A DNA stretch of 64,000 nt from Candidatus Dormiibacterota bacterium (GCA_963709585.1 CAVPXI010000007.1:480001-544000), one strand, 5' to 3'. Positions 27,395-38,384 are shown, numbered from the stretch's first letter. The notes: a model not told the origin generated them from the sequence alone. Made by a program: numbers and translations.

Positions 27395-28921
27395 GTGCAC
27401 CCGACACGTCCCGCGCGCCCACTCGCGGCCCTGCTGGGCGCGGCCGGAATCGACGCCACGCTCCAACCTTCGGCGGCGGGGCTCGAGATCACTGCAATCG
27501 ACTCCGATTCGCGCTCGGTGGCCCCGGGGAGTCTCTTCGTGGCGATCCCCGGGCTCCGCTCCGATGGCCATCGCTTCATCGACGCCGCGGTCGAGCGCGG
27601 CTCGGCGGCGGTCGTCGCCGAACAACTCCCAGGTGCGCCGATCGACGCTTCGATACCGGTGATCATCGTCGGCGACTCGAGGCTGGCGCTCTCCGACCTC
27701 GCCGCCGCCTTCAACGATCACCCCAGCCGGGCGCTCTGCGTCGCCGGCATCACCGGGACCGACGGCAAGACCACAACGGCGACACTCCTCTGGTACGCAT
27801 GGCGCGCCGCCGGGATCGCCGCGGCGTCGATCACCACCGTCGATCGTCGAACCCTGGACGGCGTGACCGCCAATCCGTCGCGGCAGACGACCCCGGAGGC
27901 ACCCGAGCTCCAGGCAGAGCTCGCCCGCATCCGCGACGCCGGTTGCACGCACGTCGCGCTCGAGACCTCGTCGCATGCGCTCGAGATGCGCCGCGCCGAC
28001 GGCGTGGACTTCCGCGCCGCGGTGTTCACGCGGATCACCACCGAGCACCTCGAGCTGCACGGAACCCGCAACCGATACCTGGCGGCCAAGGCTCGTCTGC
28101 TCGAACTCGTATCGGCGCGGCCTGACGGCGTCGCCGTCCTCGATGCCGGCGACCCGTTCGGGTTCCCGCACCTCGCGGTGATCCCGGTCGCCACCAGGCT
28201 CACATACACCGACCTCCCCGACATCGCCGCGGATCTTCGCGCCGAGGACATCGTCGTCGAGCCTTCGGCGGTGCGCTTCATCGCGCGCACACCCTGGGGC
28301 GATGCCGGCGTGCGCCTCCGCCTGGCCGGCAGCTTCAACGTGCGCAACGCTCTCGCGGCGCTCGCAGCCGCCTGTGCCACCGGCGCCGCGCTCGGCAGTG
28401 CCGTCCGCGGTCTCGAGGCGGCCGAGGCCGTCACCGGGCGCATGGAGCGCATCGACCTCGGCCAGCCCTTCGAGGTGGTGGTCGACTACGCGCACACCAC
28501 CGACGCGCTCGAGACCGTCCTCCACGAGCTGCGCCGGACAACCGGGGGGCGGCTCTGGGCGGTGTTCGGCTCGGCGGGGGAACGCGACGTGGAGAAGCGT
28601 CCGGCGATGGGATCGGTGGCGGCGCGGCTCGCTGATATCAGCGTCATCACCGATGAGGATCCGCGTGGCGAGGACCGTCAGCTCATCCTCGAGCAGATCG
28701 CTGCTGGAGCCGCCGCTGCCGGCGGCGTGCGCGGCACCAACCTGTTTGTCATCCCCGATCGCGAAGAGGCGATCGGTTTTGCGGTGTCGAAGGCAGCGCC
28801 CGGGGATACGGTGCTCTGCGCCGGCAAGGGCCACGAGAAGACCGTCGAGACCGCGACCGGCGAGATCCCGTGGAATGAGCGAGCCGTGGCGATCGCGGCG
28901 ATCCGGCGGCGGATCAGCTGA
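27395..28921 (+). CDS. murE: UDP-MurNAc-tripeptide synthetase MurE
   Basis: GITGTDGKTTT, TTPEA, ETSSH, DYAHT, EDPR, AGKGHE. Confidence 0.95.
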   Translation: MHPTRPARPLAALLGAAGIDATLQPSAAGLEITAIDSDSRSVAPGSLFVAIPGLRSDGHRFIDAAVERGSAAVVAEQLPGAPIDASIPVIIVGDSRLALSDLAAAFNDHPSRALCVAGITGTDGKTTTATLLWYAWRAAGIAAASITTVDRRTLDGVTANPSRQTTPEAPELQAELARIRDAGCTHVALETSSHALEMRRADGVDFRAAVFTRITTEHLELHGTRNRYLAAKARLLELVSARPDGVAVLDAGDPFGFPHLAVIPVATRLTYTDLPDIAADLRAEDIVVEPSAVRFIARTPWGDAGVRLRLAGSFNVRNALAALAAACATGAALGSAVRGLEAAEAVTGRMERIDLGQPFEVVVDYAHTTDALETVLHELRRTTGGRLWAVFGSAGERDVEKRPAMGSVAARLADISVITDEDPRGEDRQLILEQIAAGAAAAGGVRGTNLFVIPDREEAIGFAVSKAAPGDTVLCAGKGHEKTVETATGEIPWNERAVAIAAIRRRIS

Positions 28922-29562
28922 TCGGGTGCCGGTTCGGCATCCCGGGTCGTCGCGGGTATTCATCGCTGGTGGGCACCAGCTTGCGCACCCGCAGCACAGC
29001 GTCGGTCGGCGCGTCGGGAGCGCTCCCACCGCAGGCGGCCGCCGCCGCGGCGCAACCGGAGAGTGCCGCCGGGGCGCCGGCGACGAGCGCGCAGAGACTG
29101 CCGCCGACACGCAACAGCGGCAGCGCGAGCTCGCAGAGCACCGGCGGCGGCGCGGTCGCTCGGGAGGTCGCGAGGTCGAAGGCCTCGCGCAGACCATCGC
29201 GGCGACCCGCGTCCTCGGCGCGGAGCGCCTCCACGACAACGCCGGACAACCCGAGCAAGCCGGCGACGTGGACGAGAAACCCGCTCTTGCGCCGGTCCGA
29301 AGTCGAGGAGGGTCACCGAGAGGTCCGGCCGCAGAATGGCGATCACCATCCCCGGCACGCCGCCACCCGATCCGATGTCGACGACGCTGCACCCCGCCGG
29401 CGGCGCAGCAACCCCGAGCAGCTCCTCGGCCTCGACGACGTTGCGCGACCACATCTGCGCTCGCGGGATCGACGTCAGGTTGAGACGCGCGGACCAGCGG
29501 TCGAGCTCGTCGAGATACGCCTCGAGAGTCGCGTTCACGTCGCCAGTCTGCAGCGGTCCCAT
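28914..29562 (-). CDS. rsmG: 16S rRNA (guanine-N7) methyltransferase RsmG; one apparent frameshift
   Basis: NLTSI, DIGSGGGVPG, RAE, SRA, YPRRPG.P; repairing 29299-29304 restores LLDSDRRKSGFL. Confidence 0.88.
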
Positions 29563-29649
29563 GGCGCCGAGCCTAGCGCTCGCCCTGGAGCGTGGCGGGT
29601 CGGTGACGGTGACTCGATTGCCTCCCCGACCGGGCCGCTCCGTGCGATC

Positions 29650-29856
29650 ATGCAAGAAGCGATGGACATGGAGCCGGAAACATCCGACCGCTGCCCGGTG
29701 TGCAAGGGCGAAATGCTCTCGGTGCTGTATTACGGCGCTGACGGCGAGTCGGTCGGCGGCCACCGGATCTGCCCGGGCTGCGGACCTCGGACCACCGTGG
29801 AGCTGGGCGCGCCTGACGAGATCCGCCGTCGCCTCCTGGAGCGCAAGGCCTCCTAG
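29650..29856 (+). CDS. Small zinc-ribbon hypothetical protein
   Basis: CPVC...CPGC pair, good codon usage, fills the intergenic gap. Confidence 0.6.
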   Translation: MQEAMDMEPETSDRCPVCKGEMLSVLYYGADGESVGGHRICPGCGPRTTVELGAPDEIRRRLLERKAS

Positions 29857-30001
29857 TCCGCCGGGCACGCCTGAGCGAACTCAATCCAAACGGCGCTCCC
29901 TCGTATGTTCCGTCTGCAGTCGTGTGACGCGGCGGTGACGGCCGGTCACGGCGCGATGACATCGGCGGGCGACTCCGGCAGTCGATGGGAGACTGGCCGC
30001 G

Positions 30002-31207
30002 ATGCGTCACCCCCGTTTTTCGTTCGCCCATCACCGCATCGTGCTTGCTCTTCCGCTCGCGCTGGCGCTCATCCTGATCGCCGCGCCGGCTGCGGCGGGG
30101 CCCACGCCCGTGCCCTCGCCGGGGGTGAGCGCGGCCCAGGCGGCGGCGGCCGCAGCCAAGGCGGACGCGCAGAACGCCAAGTCTGCCGCCAACAACGCTG
30201 ACACCGCGCTCTCGCTTGCGCGCAGCGCGCTGGCGGCGGCGAACGCGCACCTCGCGCTGATCAACACGCAGATCAGCGGGCTCAACGTGACCATCACCGC
30301 CGACACCGCGACGCTGCGTACTGTCGACGCGCAGCTTGCCGCCGATCGCGGACATCTCTCCGCCTACCTTCGCCAGTCGTACGAGAACGGCGGCTCCCAG
30401 GCGATGCTCGCGTACATCATCTCGGCGAACACCATCGCCGCCGCGATCCAGCGAGATGTGCAGGTCAACGAGATCTCATCGGCGAGCCGGCAGCTGGTTG
30501 CGCGGATCGCAGCCGAGCAGCAGAAGGCCACGACCACGCTCGCCCGCCACACCGCTGACCTCGCGCAGCTCGCCGCCGCGGAGGAGCAGGCTCGGACCGA
30601 GCAGGCGATCATCAAGGTGCAGACGCAGAACCTGCTTGCTGCGGACATCACCGCCCACGCCCACGTGTCGCAAGCGCAGAAGGCGCTCGCCGCTGCGGTG
30701 GCCGCGCTCGCCGCCGCTCGCGCGCGCGACGCCGTCTATCCGCCGGTCGCGGGTCCGCTGTTCACAGTCGACACCAACCTGACCCTGCCGAGCGGTGAGA
30801 CGGCCGCGAGCCTCAATCAATTCCTCAATGGGTCGGCACTTGCCGGACTCGGCGCCAGCTTCATGCAGGCCGAAGCGACGTATCACGTCAGCGCGCGCTA
30901 TTTCGTGGCCCACGCAATCCTCGAATCCGCCTGGGGGACGAGCGCGATCGCATTTTACAAGCACAACCTGTTCGGCTTCGGCGCCGACGACGCCAATCCG
31001 TACCTTGATGCGATGACCTTCACGAGCTTCGACGCGTGCATCCAGTACGTCGCACAGTTCATCGAGACCCACTACCTGGCCGTCGGCGGGCCGTTCTATC
31101 ACGGCCCCACGCTGCGCGGGATGAATGTCGACTACGCGAGCGATCCGAACTGGGCCGAGAAGATCGCGAGCATCGCGGACACGATTCCTCCACTCGCCGT
31201 GGCCTGA
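30002..31207 (+). CDS. Secreted coiled-coil peptidoglycan hydrolase with glucosaminidase (GH73) domain
   Basis: Signal peptide, long Ala-rich coiled coil, AHAILESAWGTS, NLFGFGA.D, YASDPNWA. Confidence 0.88.
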   Translation: MRHPRFSFAHHRIVLALPLALALILIAAPAAAGPTPVPSPGVSAAQAAAAAAKADAQNAKSAANNADTALSLARSALAAANAHLALINTQISGLNVTITADTATLRTVDAQLAADRGHLSAYLRQSYENGGSQAMLAYIISANTIAAAIQRDVQVNEISSASRQLVARIAAEQQKATTTLARHTADLAQLAAAEEQARTEQAIIKVQTQNLLAADITAHAHVSQAQKALAAAVAALAAARARDAVYPPVAGPLFTVDTNLTLPSGETAASLNQFLNGSALAGLGASFMQAEATYHVSARYFVAHAILESAWGTSAIAFYKHNLFGFGADDANPYLDAMTFTSFDACIQYVAQFIETHYLAVGGPFYHGPTLRGMNVDYASDPNWAEKIASIADTIPPLAVA

Positions 31208-31298
31208 CCCCAGTTCGCCTACTTCGATCCGCGGCGCCGCGAAGCCAGCGTCGCCGTCCCGCAGCGTTCCCGGCAAGCCCTTCGGATAGGCTGCCCGG

Positions 31299-33012
31299 AT
31301 GCAGCAGCCGATCGGTGAGCACGCGCTGCTTGCTGAACTCGAGGACCGCTGCACTCATCGATCCCGACGGCAGCGTTGCCTGGCTGTGCTGGCCGTGGAT
31401 CGATTCGACCCCGTTGCTCTTCTCGATCCTTGACGCCGACCGCGGCGGTGCCTTCTCCGTACGACCCACGCGACCGGATGCTCGCGTTGTGTCGCGCCGC
31501 TATCACCCGCGATCGCTGGTGCTCGAGACGGTCTGGGACGTTGGTGGAGCGCGGCTCATCGTGGAAGACGCGCTCGACCTCGATGTGGGGCCGCTGCTGA
31601 TTCGCAGCCTGCGCGCCGGAGGGGAAGCCGTCGAGGTCCTGGTGCATCTCACCGCACCGGCGTGGCCCGGGACTCCAGCGTCTTTGCGCGTGTTCGGTGA
31701 CTCGGTCGAGCTCGCCGGCGTGAGCCGGGTGGTCATCCACGCACCGTCGCAATGGGAGGCGACGCCCGGTGGCGCAACATGTGAATTGACGGTCCGCCCT
31801 GGGAGTCCAAAGACGGTCACGCTCGGCGCTGCGGACATGGTGCAACGCGCGGTATCCATCAACTCAACGCTCGCCGAGTGGCATCGAACAATCCCCGAAG
31901 CCATCGCCTCCATCAACGTCCGACTCCCCGAAGCCAACGATCTCCTCGCGACGACCGCGGCGGTGCTCCTCGGCCTGCGCCGCCGGGACGGAGGCATCGT
32001 CGCGGCCCCGACCACATCACTGCCGCAGTGGCCCGGATCGGCACGCACCTGGGACTACCGCTACTGCTGGCTGCGCGACTCGTCGCTGGCGGCGCTCGCG
32101 ACGCTGCGGCTCGGGCTGACCGATCCGGCGCGGTCGCTTGGGGCCTTCATCGGTGCGGTCGTGACCGAATCCGGACCGGTCCCGCTCGTTCGGGTCGACG
32201 GGACCGCGCCTCCGGACGAGGTGGAGATTCCCGAGCTCGCCGGCTACGGCGGCGCTCGTCCTGTCCGGATCGGCAACGCCGCGGCCGGCCAGGTGCAGCT
32301 CGACGTGCCCGGCGAGGTCATCGAGCTCGCGACGTCGCTCGATCGCGAATCAGCCCTGCCCGACCAGCTCCGGGCGGCGGTGCCGATCCTCGCCGGGTGG
32401 CTGGTCCAGCACTGGCGCGAGCCTGACCACGGCATCTGGGAGATCCGCGGCGCGCGGGCGCGCTACACGCATTCGTTGATCACGGCGGCCAGCGGACTCG
32501 AAGGCGCCGCTGCGCTCGTCGACAAGCGGGTCATCTCCGGCGACGCGGCCGCATGGCGGCACGCCGCGGCTGCGGCTGCGGCCGACCTCGGTACGGCGGG
32601 TGGAGCGCTGGAGCTGCGCGTCGACGGCGGCGGAGCCGACGCTGCGCTCGCCCAGGCAGCGCTCCTCGGCGGGCTCGACGTGATCGCCGGGCGGATCGAT
32701 CCCACCCTCGAACTGATCGTGGCGCGACTCGCGCGTCGCGGTCTGGTCGACCGCTACGTGGGGCAGCCCGACCCGCTCTCGGACCCCGCCGCCCCCTTCG
32801 TGTTTCCGACCTTCTGGCTGGCCGGGGCGCTCGCCGCGAGGGGGCGCGACGGCTCGCGATGGCTCGAGTCGGCGCTCGCCACCCGGGGACCGCTCGGGCT
32901 CTTCGGCGAGGTCGCCGATCCGGTCGATCATTCGCCGCTCGGCAACTATCCGCAGGTGCAGAGCCATGCGGCGTTCGTTCTTGCCGTGACTGCCCCACAG
33001 TTTCCTGCGTAG
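31299..33012 (+). CDS. Glycoside hydrolase family 15 (trehalase/glucoamylase-like); apparent frameshift near the N-terminus
   Basis: AAPTTSLP, WDYRYCWLRD, QLDVPGE, GIWEIRG, GNYPQ; repairing 31335-31340 gives MQQPIGEHALLADSRTAAL. Confidence 0.88.
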
Positions 33013-33013
33013 G

Positions 33014-33667
33014 TCACCCGCACGATGAGGCGAGCGGCGGAATGCCTGGATCGTGCACGCCGACCGCGACTCCCCCCGGCACCACCGCGACGCACTCGAT
33101 GTCCCGCCGCAGGGCGGTGAGCTGCGGGACGATCGCGAACAGGCGGTTCAGCGACAGGCCCGCGTCGATCTCCGAGACGAAGCCGGCGCCGGCGAATCCC
33201 GGGAGACCGAGCATCCCAACGTCCACCTCGGGGATCTGCGCGGTGATCACCGGGCCGGACGCTCCTGGCCGCAGCGAGAGGCCGATGTGCGCGACGGCGG
33301 TCGGCGTGAACGGGCCCGCGGAGACGGTGGCGGAGACGACCACAAGACCGGAGCGAACTCGCACCTGCAGGTCTCTGAACTCGTCGGGGTGCGGGTTGTT
33401 GGCGATGGCGAGCACCGTGAGGTCCTGCTCGCTGAGCACCACAACGCCGTGCGGTGCTTCCACGAGCTGGGCCACCATCGCCTTGCCGAGCGCCACCGCG
33501 ATCGCCGGCTCGGTGCCTCCGTGCGAGGGACCCGCGGGCGGCGCCCCGAGCGCCGGCGCGGCCAGGGCGCGATCGGCAAGAAAGACCGAGCCGCCCACCA
33601 CGACGAGGAGCACGATCAGTCCGAGGCAGCACCCGCGCACGATCCCGCGCTGGTCGGAGGTAGTCAC
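33014..33667 (-). CDS. Hypothetical membrane-anchored protein
   Basis: RGCCLG followed by an N-terminal TM helix and a beta-rich extracellular region; AGGAG RBS. Confidence 0.65.
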   Translation of the reverse strand: MTTSDQRGIVRGCCLGLIVLLVVVGGSVFLADRALAAPALGAPPAGPSHGGTEPAIAVALGKAMVAQLVEAPHGVVVLSEQDLTVLAIANNPHPDEFRDLQVRVRSGLVVVSATVSAGPFTPTAVAHIGLSLRPGASGPVITAQIPEVDVGMLGLPGFAGAGFVSEIDAGLSLNRLFAIVPQLTALRRDIECVAVVPGGVAVGVHDPGIPPLASSCG

Positions 33668-33672
33668 AACTC

Positions 33673-36114
33673 CTATGTTCGCCCGCCGGTCTCGGCGCCG
33701 TGCGATCCCGGGACGGGGTGGAGGATCAGCCGTGTGCGGGCGTGGCGGCGCACCTGCTGCGCGCTCCAGTAAAGGGGGAACTGCCGGTTGGTGCGCCAGC
33801 GGCGAGACAGGTCGCGGTAGTGAGGTGAGCCCGGCTGTCCGGACTGGCCGGGAACGTGGATTCCGCCGCTCGCGTCCCAGTTCCCCACATCGATGACCTG
33901 GCGCCAGGACGGCGCCGAGAGCCGGGTCTCGAACGCCTCGCCCGGAACCTGGGAGGTGGCCAGGACGGTGTCGGTGTTTCCGCCAACCCTGATCGACCGG
34001 GCGTTGAAGAACCAGGCCAGGCCGCGACGGCGCCCGAAGGCGTGGATGAGCTCGAGCCGGTGGACGCGCCCCCAGGTCCAGCGACGCGAATTGCGTCCGT
34101 AACGGCCGCGAAGGTCGCTCATGGCGTCGTCCAGCGATTTCGCCACCACCTCCGCCCAGGTCGTCAAGCCTTCGAACAAGCCGTCGTCCCCGAGCTCCCA
34201 GCGTTCGATCAGCGACGGGGTCAACCGGCCGACGAGGTTACCCGGGTACTGAAAGACCGGGTGCGACAGGTCGACACCAGCGAGGATCCGCCACGCATTG
34301 CCGCAGATCGGGCTCAATGAATGCTCGGCGAGCCGGGCCATGAACGCCTCGTAGATGGTCGGTTCGACCCGGCCCGGGTCCATGACTGCGTCCCACTCCG
34401 CGAGCCGGTGGCGCACCGCCTCGGCGCCCGGATGCGCGCAGTGCATCGATCCCAGCAATCGGACCACCTGGCGCGCCGGGGGGCAGACGAGGTCCATCTG
34501 CGCCCGGGCCATGTAGGCCAGATCGACCACCCGCGCGCTGAGCAGCTCGCCGATCCTCGTGGCGCGGTAGCCGGACAGGTAGTCGGTGCCGATGTAGAAC
34601 GGGAAGCTGTTGCCGGCGATGCGGTTGTTGGCCGTGATGATCTGCTGCTCGGGAGGGTCGAACAGCTGCGGAACCTCGTCCGGGGTGAGGTATCTCGTCC
34701 ACACCGCGTCCCCGGTCCAGCCCTGCATTGGAAGCCCGCTCGGCCTCGCCTGCCGGACGGGGATCCGCCCGGACAGCAGGTAGCCAATGTGGCCGTCGAC
34801 GTCCGCGTACACGACGTTCTGCGAAGGAGCGTCGAACGGCGCGAAGGCGTCCTTGAAGCTCGCCCAGTCCCCGGCACGCTGGAGGCGGAGGAGACCTTCG
34901 GCGGCGCCCCCCGGCTGCAGCGCGGTCCACTGCAGCGCGAGCCCTCGCCAGATTGCTCGGTCCGGATCCTCGATGCGCTCGACGACCGGACCATGGCGGG
35001 TCACCACCACCTCCTCGAGCACGTCGGATGAGCCCTTGACGTGGATGATCTCGCGCAGCCGCCGGGCCGGCTCGAACCCACGCTCGGTGCGGAATCGATC
35101 GGCCGCGGGGGAATCGAACTCCTCGATGACCAGGTCCTGGCAGTCGGCAAAGGAATTGGTGAATCCCCAGGCGACGCGCTTGTTGTGGCCGATGATCACG
35201 AACGGCATCCCGGGCATGGTCACGCCGGTCGACTCGAAGTCCTCCCCGGACCGAATGTGAGCCGCGTACCAGATCGAGGGCATCCCCGGGACCAGGTGCG
35301 GATCGTTGCAGAGAATCGGCCGCCCCGACGCCGTCCGCTCGCCGGAGACGACCCAGGAGTTGCTCATCCCTCCGGCGGTGGGAATCCAGCGAGCCGCTTC
35401 CCGGAACATGGTCAGCAGCTGGGTGCGGGCGTCGCTGCCGCCGGCGGCACGAACGGTGCCCGCGAGGATGGTCGGGTTGGCGTCGGGGTAGACAATGTCG
35501 AGCCGGGCGGCGTGCTCGGGGCCGATCGCCCGGAGCAGCTCCAACCGCTGCACCTCGGTATCCCAGTTCATGCTGAGCCCGAGCGCCAGCAGCTTGAGCG
35601 CGGCGAGGCTGTGCATCGGCTCCCACGGCTCCGGGGTCACGCCGAGCAGCCGGTATTCGAGGGGCAGCGCCCGGCCCGACAGGGCGATGGCGTTGACACC
35701 GGCGGCGTACGCCTTGAGCATGCGGCGCGCCTCCGGAGCTAGGCGCAGCTCCTCCTCCCGAGCCACCCGGTGCAGCCCCACCCGGCGGATGAAGCGGTCG
35801 ATGTTCACGCCCTCGCTGCCGATCACCTCGCTGATCCGGCCGGTCGCCACCCGCCGGGTCACCTCCATCTGCCAGAGCCGGTCCTGCGCGTGGACGACAC
35901 CCACCGCGAACGCGGCGTCCTCCATCGAGGTGGCGTTGAGGTGGGGCACGCCCCAGCGATCCCGAGCGACGGTGACCTCCGCGATGAGGCCGGCGAGGCC
36001 GAGCCTGCCCCTCACCCGGGGCAACGACACGCCGAAGGTGCGATGGCGCGCGACCAGCAGAGCGGTGCAGACGACGACCACCACGGCCGCCACGGCGATG
36101 AGGGCAATGATCAT
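33673..36114 (-). CDS. Penicillin acylase family (Ntn hydrolase) protein
   Basis: RDRWGVPH, HAQDRLWQM, SNSW nucleophile, NDPHL, TANN, PGQSG. Confidence 0.93.
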   Translation of the reverse strand: MIIALIAVAAVVVVVCTALLVARHRTFGVSLPRVRGRLGLAGLIAEVTVARDRWGVPHLNATSMEDAAFAVGVVHAQDRLWQMEVTRRVATGRISEVIGSEGVNIDRFIRRVGLHRVAREEELRLAPEARRMLKAYAAGVNAIALSGRALPLEYRLLGVTPEPWEPMHSLAALKLLALGLSMNWDTEVQRLELLRAIGPEHAARLDIVYPDANPTILAGTVRAAGGSDARTQLLTMFREAARWIPTAGGMSNSWVVSGERTASGRPILCNDPHLVPGMPSIWYAAHIRSGEDFESTGVTMPGMPFVIIGHNKRVAWGFTNSFADCQDLVIEEFDSPAADRFRTERGFEPARRLREIIHVKGSSDVLEEVVVTRHGPVVERIEDPDRAIWRGLALQWTALQPGGAAEGLLRLQRAGDWASFKDAFAPFDAPSQNVVYADVDGHIGYLLSGRIPVRQARPSGLPMQGWTGDAVWTRYLTPDEVPQLFDPPEQQIITANNRIAGNSFPFYIGTDYLSGYRATRIGELLSARVVDLAYMARAQMDLVCPPARQVVRLLGSMHCAHPGAEAVRHRLAEWDAVMDPGRVEPTIYEAFMARLAEHSLSPICGNAWRILAGVDLSHPVFQYPGNLVGRLTPSLIERWELGDDGLFEGLTTWAEVVAKSLDDAMSDLRGRYGRNSRRWTWGRVHRLELIHAFGRRRGLAWFFNARSIRVGGNTDTVLATSQVPGEAFETRLSAPSWRQVIDVGNWDASGGIHVPGQSGQPGSPHYRDLSRRWRTNRQFPLYWSAQQVRRHARTRLILHPVPGSHGAETGGRT

Positions 36115-36151
36115 TTGAAGCGGTCTGGGAACGTACTACACTCGCGAGCCC

Positions 36152-37237
36152 ATGGCCTTGCGAACTCCACTCCACGACCGGCACGTAGCGGCAGGGGCAC
36201 GGATGGTTGAGTTCGGCGGCTTCGACATGCCGCTGCAGTACTCGACCATCCGCGAGGAGCACATCGCGGTCCGGACCCGGTGCGGCCTCTTCGACCTCTC
36301 GCACATGGGCGAGGTGCGCTTCAGCGGCGACGGCGCGCTCGACGTCGTGCAGCGCCTGGTGACCAACGACGTCGCTCGCCTCGAGGTCGGCGGGGCCCTC
36401 TACGGTGTGATGTGCAACGAGGCCGGCGGGATCGTCGACGACGTGGTCGTCTACCGAGACCCGGGCGGCTACATGGTGGTGATCAACGCCGCCTGCCGGG
36501 CGAAGGACACCGCCTGGATGCGCGGCCACGCCGAGGCTGCATCCTTTGAGGATCTCAGCGACGCGCTGGCGCTGCTGGCCGTGCAGGGCCCTCGGGCGGT
36601 CGGTGTGGTGGCAGGACTCTGTGAGGACGACGTCACCGATGTGCGCCCCTTCCACTTCAAGGACACGCGGGTGGCGGGTGTGCACGCGGCAGTCTCGCGG
36701 ACCGGCTACACCGGCGAGGATGGCTTCGAGCTCTACGTCGACGCGCCAGATGCTCCCGGACTCTGGGACGCGCTCCTCGAAGCCGGTGCCGCGGAGGGCA
36801 TGATCCCCTGCGGTCTCGGCGCGCGCGACACGCTCCGCCTCGAGGCGGGCCTGCGCCTGTACGGCCAGGACATGGACGACAACACCGACCCATACAGCTG
36901 CGCGTTGGGCTGGACCGTCAAGCTCCAGAAGGGCGAGTTCATCGGGCGCCCGGCGCTGTCCCGGCTCGACCCGTCGCGCCCCCCGCGGCGTTTTGTCGGC
37001 ATCGAGCTCCAGGGCAGGGCGATCGCCCGCCACGGCCAGCGGGTGCTCGCCGGTGGCGAGGCTGCCGGCGAAGTCACCAGCGGGACCTACAGCTTCACGC
37101 TCGACCACTCGATCGCCACCGCATCATTGGACGGCGACGTCCCGGCGGACGCCGAGCTCGCCGTCGATATCAGAGGCACCGTCGCCGCGGCAACGGTGGT
37201 GCCGCTGCCCTTCTACCGCCGCCCCAAGGGAGCCTGA
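36152..37237 (+). CDS. gcvT: Glycine cleavage system aminomethyltransferase T
   Basis: RTPLH, FDLSHMG, SRTGYTGEDGFE, GLGARDTLRLEAG. Confidence 0.96.
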   Translation: MALRTPLHDRHVAAGARMVEFGGFDMPLQYSTIREEHIAVRTRCGLFDLSHMGEVRFSGDGALDVVQRLVTNDVARLEVGGALYGVMCNEAGGIVDDVVVYRDPGGYMVVINAACRAKDTAWMRGHAEAASFEDLSDALALLAVQGPRAVGVVAGLCEDDVTDVRPFHFKDTRVAGVHAAVSRTGYTGEDGFELYVDAPDAPGLWDALLEAGAAEGMIPCGLGARDTLRLEAGLRLYGQDMDDNTDPYSCALGWTVKLQKGEFIGRPALSRLDPSRPPRRFVGIELQGRAIARHGQRVLAGGEAAGEVTSGTYSFTLDHSIATASLDGDVPADAELAVDIRGTVAAATVVPLPFYRRPKGA

Positions 37238-37239
37238 AC

Positions 37240-37617
37240 GTGGCCGACCTCTCCAACTACCGGTTCACCCCCAGCCACGAGTGGGTCCGCGTCGAGGGCT
37301 CGAAGGCGACGGTGGGGATCAGTGATCACGCCCAGGCGCAGCTCGGTGACGTGATCTTTCTTGAGCTTCCCGCCGCGGGCACCGAGGTGAAGGCGGGCGC
37401 GAAGTTCGGGGCCATCGAGTCGGTGAAAGCGGCGTCCGACCTGTACGCACCGGTGAGCGGCACCGTGGCCGAGGTAAACGCCGCTCTGACCGACCGCCCC
37501 GAGCTCGTCAACTCCGATCCCTACGGAGAGGGCTGGATGCTCCGCATCGACAGCGCGGGTGACGACGCAGGTGACCTTCTCGACGAGGCCGGCTACACGA
37601 AGCTGGTCGGCGCCTGA
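37240..37617 (+). CDS. gcvH: Glycine cleavage system H protein
   Basis: HEW, LGDVIF, ESVKAAS lipoyl lysine, DPYGEGW. Confidence 0.96.
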   Translation: MADLSNYRFTPSHEWVRVEGSKATVGISDHAQAQLGDVIFLELPAAGTEVKAGAKFGAIESVKAASDLYAPVSGTVAEVNAALTDRPELVNSDPYGEGWMLRIDSAGDDAGDLLDEAGYTKLVGA

Positions 37618-37635
37618 CCTAGACTTTCTCGACGG

Positions 37636-37712
37636 GGTCAGCTAGCTCAGCTGGTTAGAGCGCGCGGTTCACATCCGCGAGGTCGAGGGTTCGAGTCCCC
37701 CGCTGACCACCA
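37636..37712 (+). tRNA. tRNA-Val (anticodon CAC)
   Basis: Acceptor GGTCAGC/GCTGACC-A-CCA, D arm AGCTCAGCTGGTTAGAGC, anticodon arm CGCGG-TTCACAT-CCGCG, T loop TTCGAGT. Confidence 0.95.
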
Positions 37713-37749
37713 CCAGGTGTGCGCCGGCACGCTCCCTCGCCGGTACTGT

Positions 37750-38347
37750 TCACCACACCAACGGGATCAGCCGCTTCGTCCGCTTGGTGTATGCCGCATA
37801 TCCGGGAAGGTCGCGGCGCAGGAGTGCTTCCTCGGCTGCTACGCGCTGGTGGTACGCGACCCCGAGCAGTCCCGCTACCACCGCGACCACCGGAAGACTC
37901 CGCGACGTTAGTGCAAATCCTGTCCAGATCAGCAGCGATCCCGCGTACCCCGGATGGCGCACCAATCTATATGGTCCGCGCTCCACGATGCGCTGCGCCT
38001 CCTCGACGCGCAGCGTTCGCGAATAGGATTGCCCGAGCGTGCGCATCGACCAGGCCCGAATGCCGAGCCCGCCTGCTTCGAGCCCGACGCCCACCGCACC
38101 CGCTGCTCGAGGAAGCTGCGGCCGCCACCGGAGTCGCAGCAAGGGCGCGGCTATCGCGGCCGTCGTGTACGCGGCGACGATCATCCGCGTGGTCCCGCGA
38201 TCATTTCGCGAAGCGTGGAGACTTCGACGCCGCGCCGCGCCGGCGCGTCGATACCTCGAGGGCGAAGAAACCTGCAACGCCCGCATACCCGGCCGCGAAC
38301 CATGCGATTCCCTCGGCGCGCCTGCGTCGCTCGGACACCATGGTCAT
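37750..38347 (-). CDS. Isoprenylcysteine carboxyl methyltransferase (ICMT/Ste14) family membrane protein; one apparent frameshift
   Basis: GPYRLVRHPGYAG, EEALL, Y..Y...T.RLIP; the N-terminus joins by repairing 38220-38225. Confidence 0.85.
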
Positions 38348-38384
38348 GGAGAGAGCGTGACACCTGGCTGCTACGCTCCGCCGT

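Noticed and set aside
29880-30000. Possible c-di-AMP (ydaO) riboswitch before the peptidoglycan hydrolase
   Set aside because: Hairpins exist (GTGAC..GTCAC) but the conserved GCUGAAU/GGGGAA/GUCAGCUA elements are absent
36115-36151. Glycine riboswitch upstream of gcvT
   Set aside because: The intergenic gap is only 37 nt and has no aptamer motifs
37713-38384. Integrative element at tRNA-Val
   Set aside because: No integrase and no duplicated tRNA 3' end (att site) seen in the window
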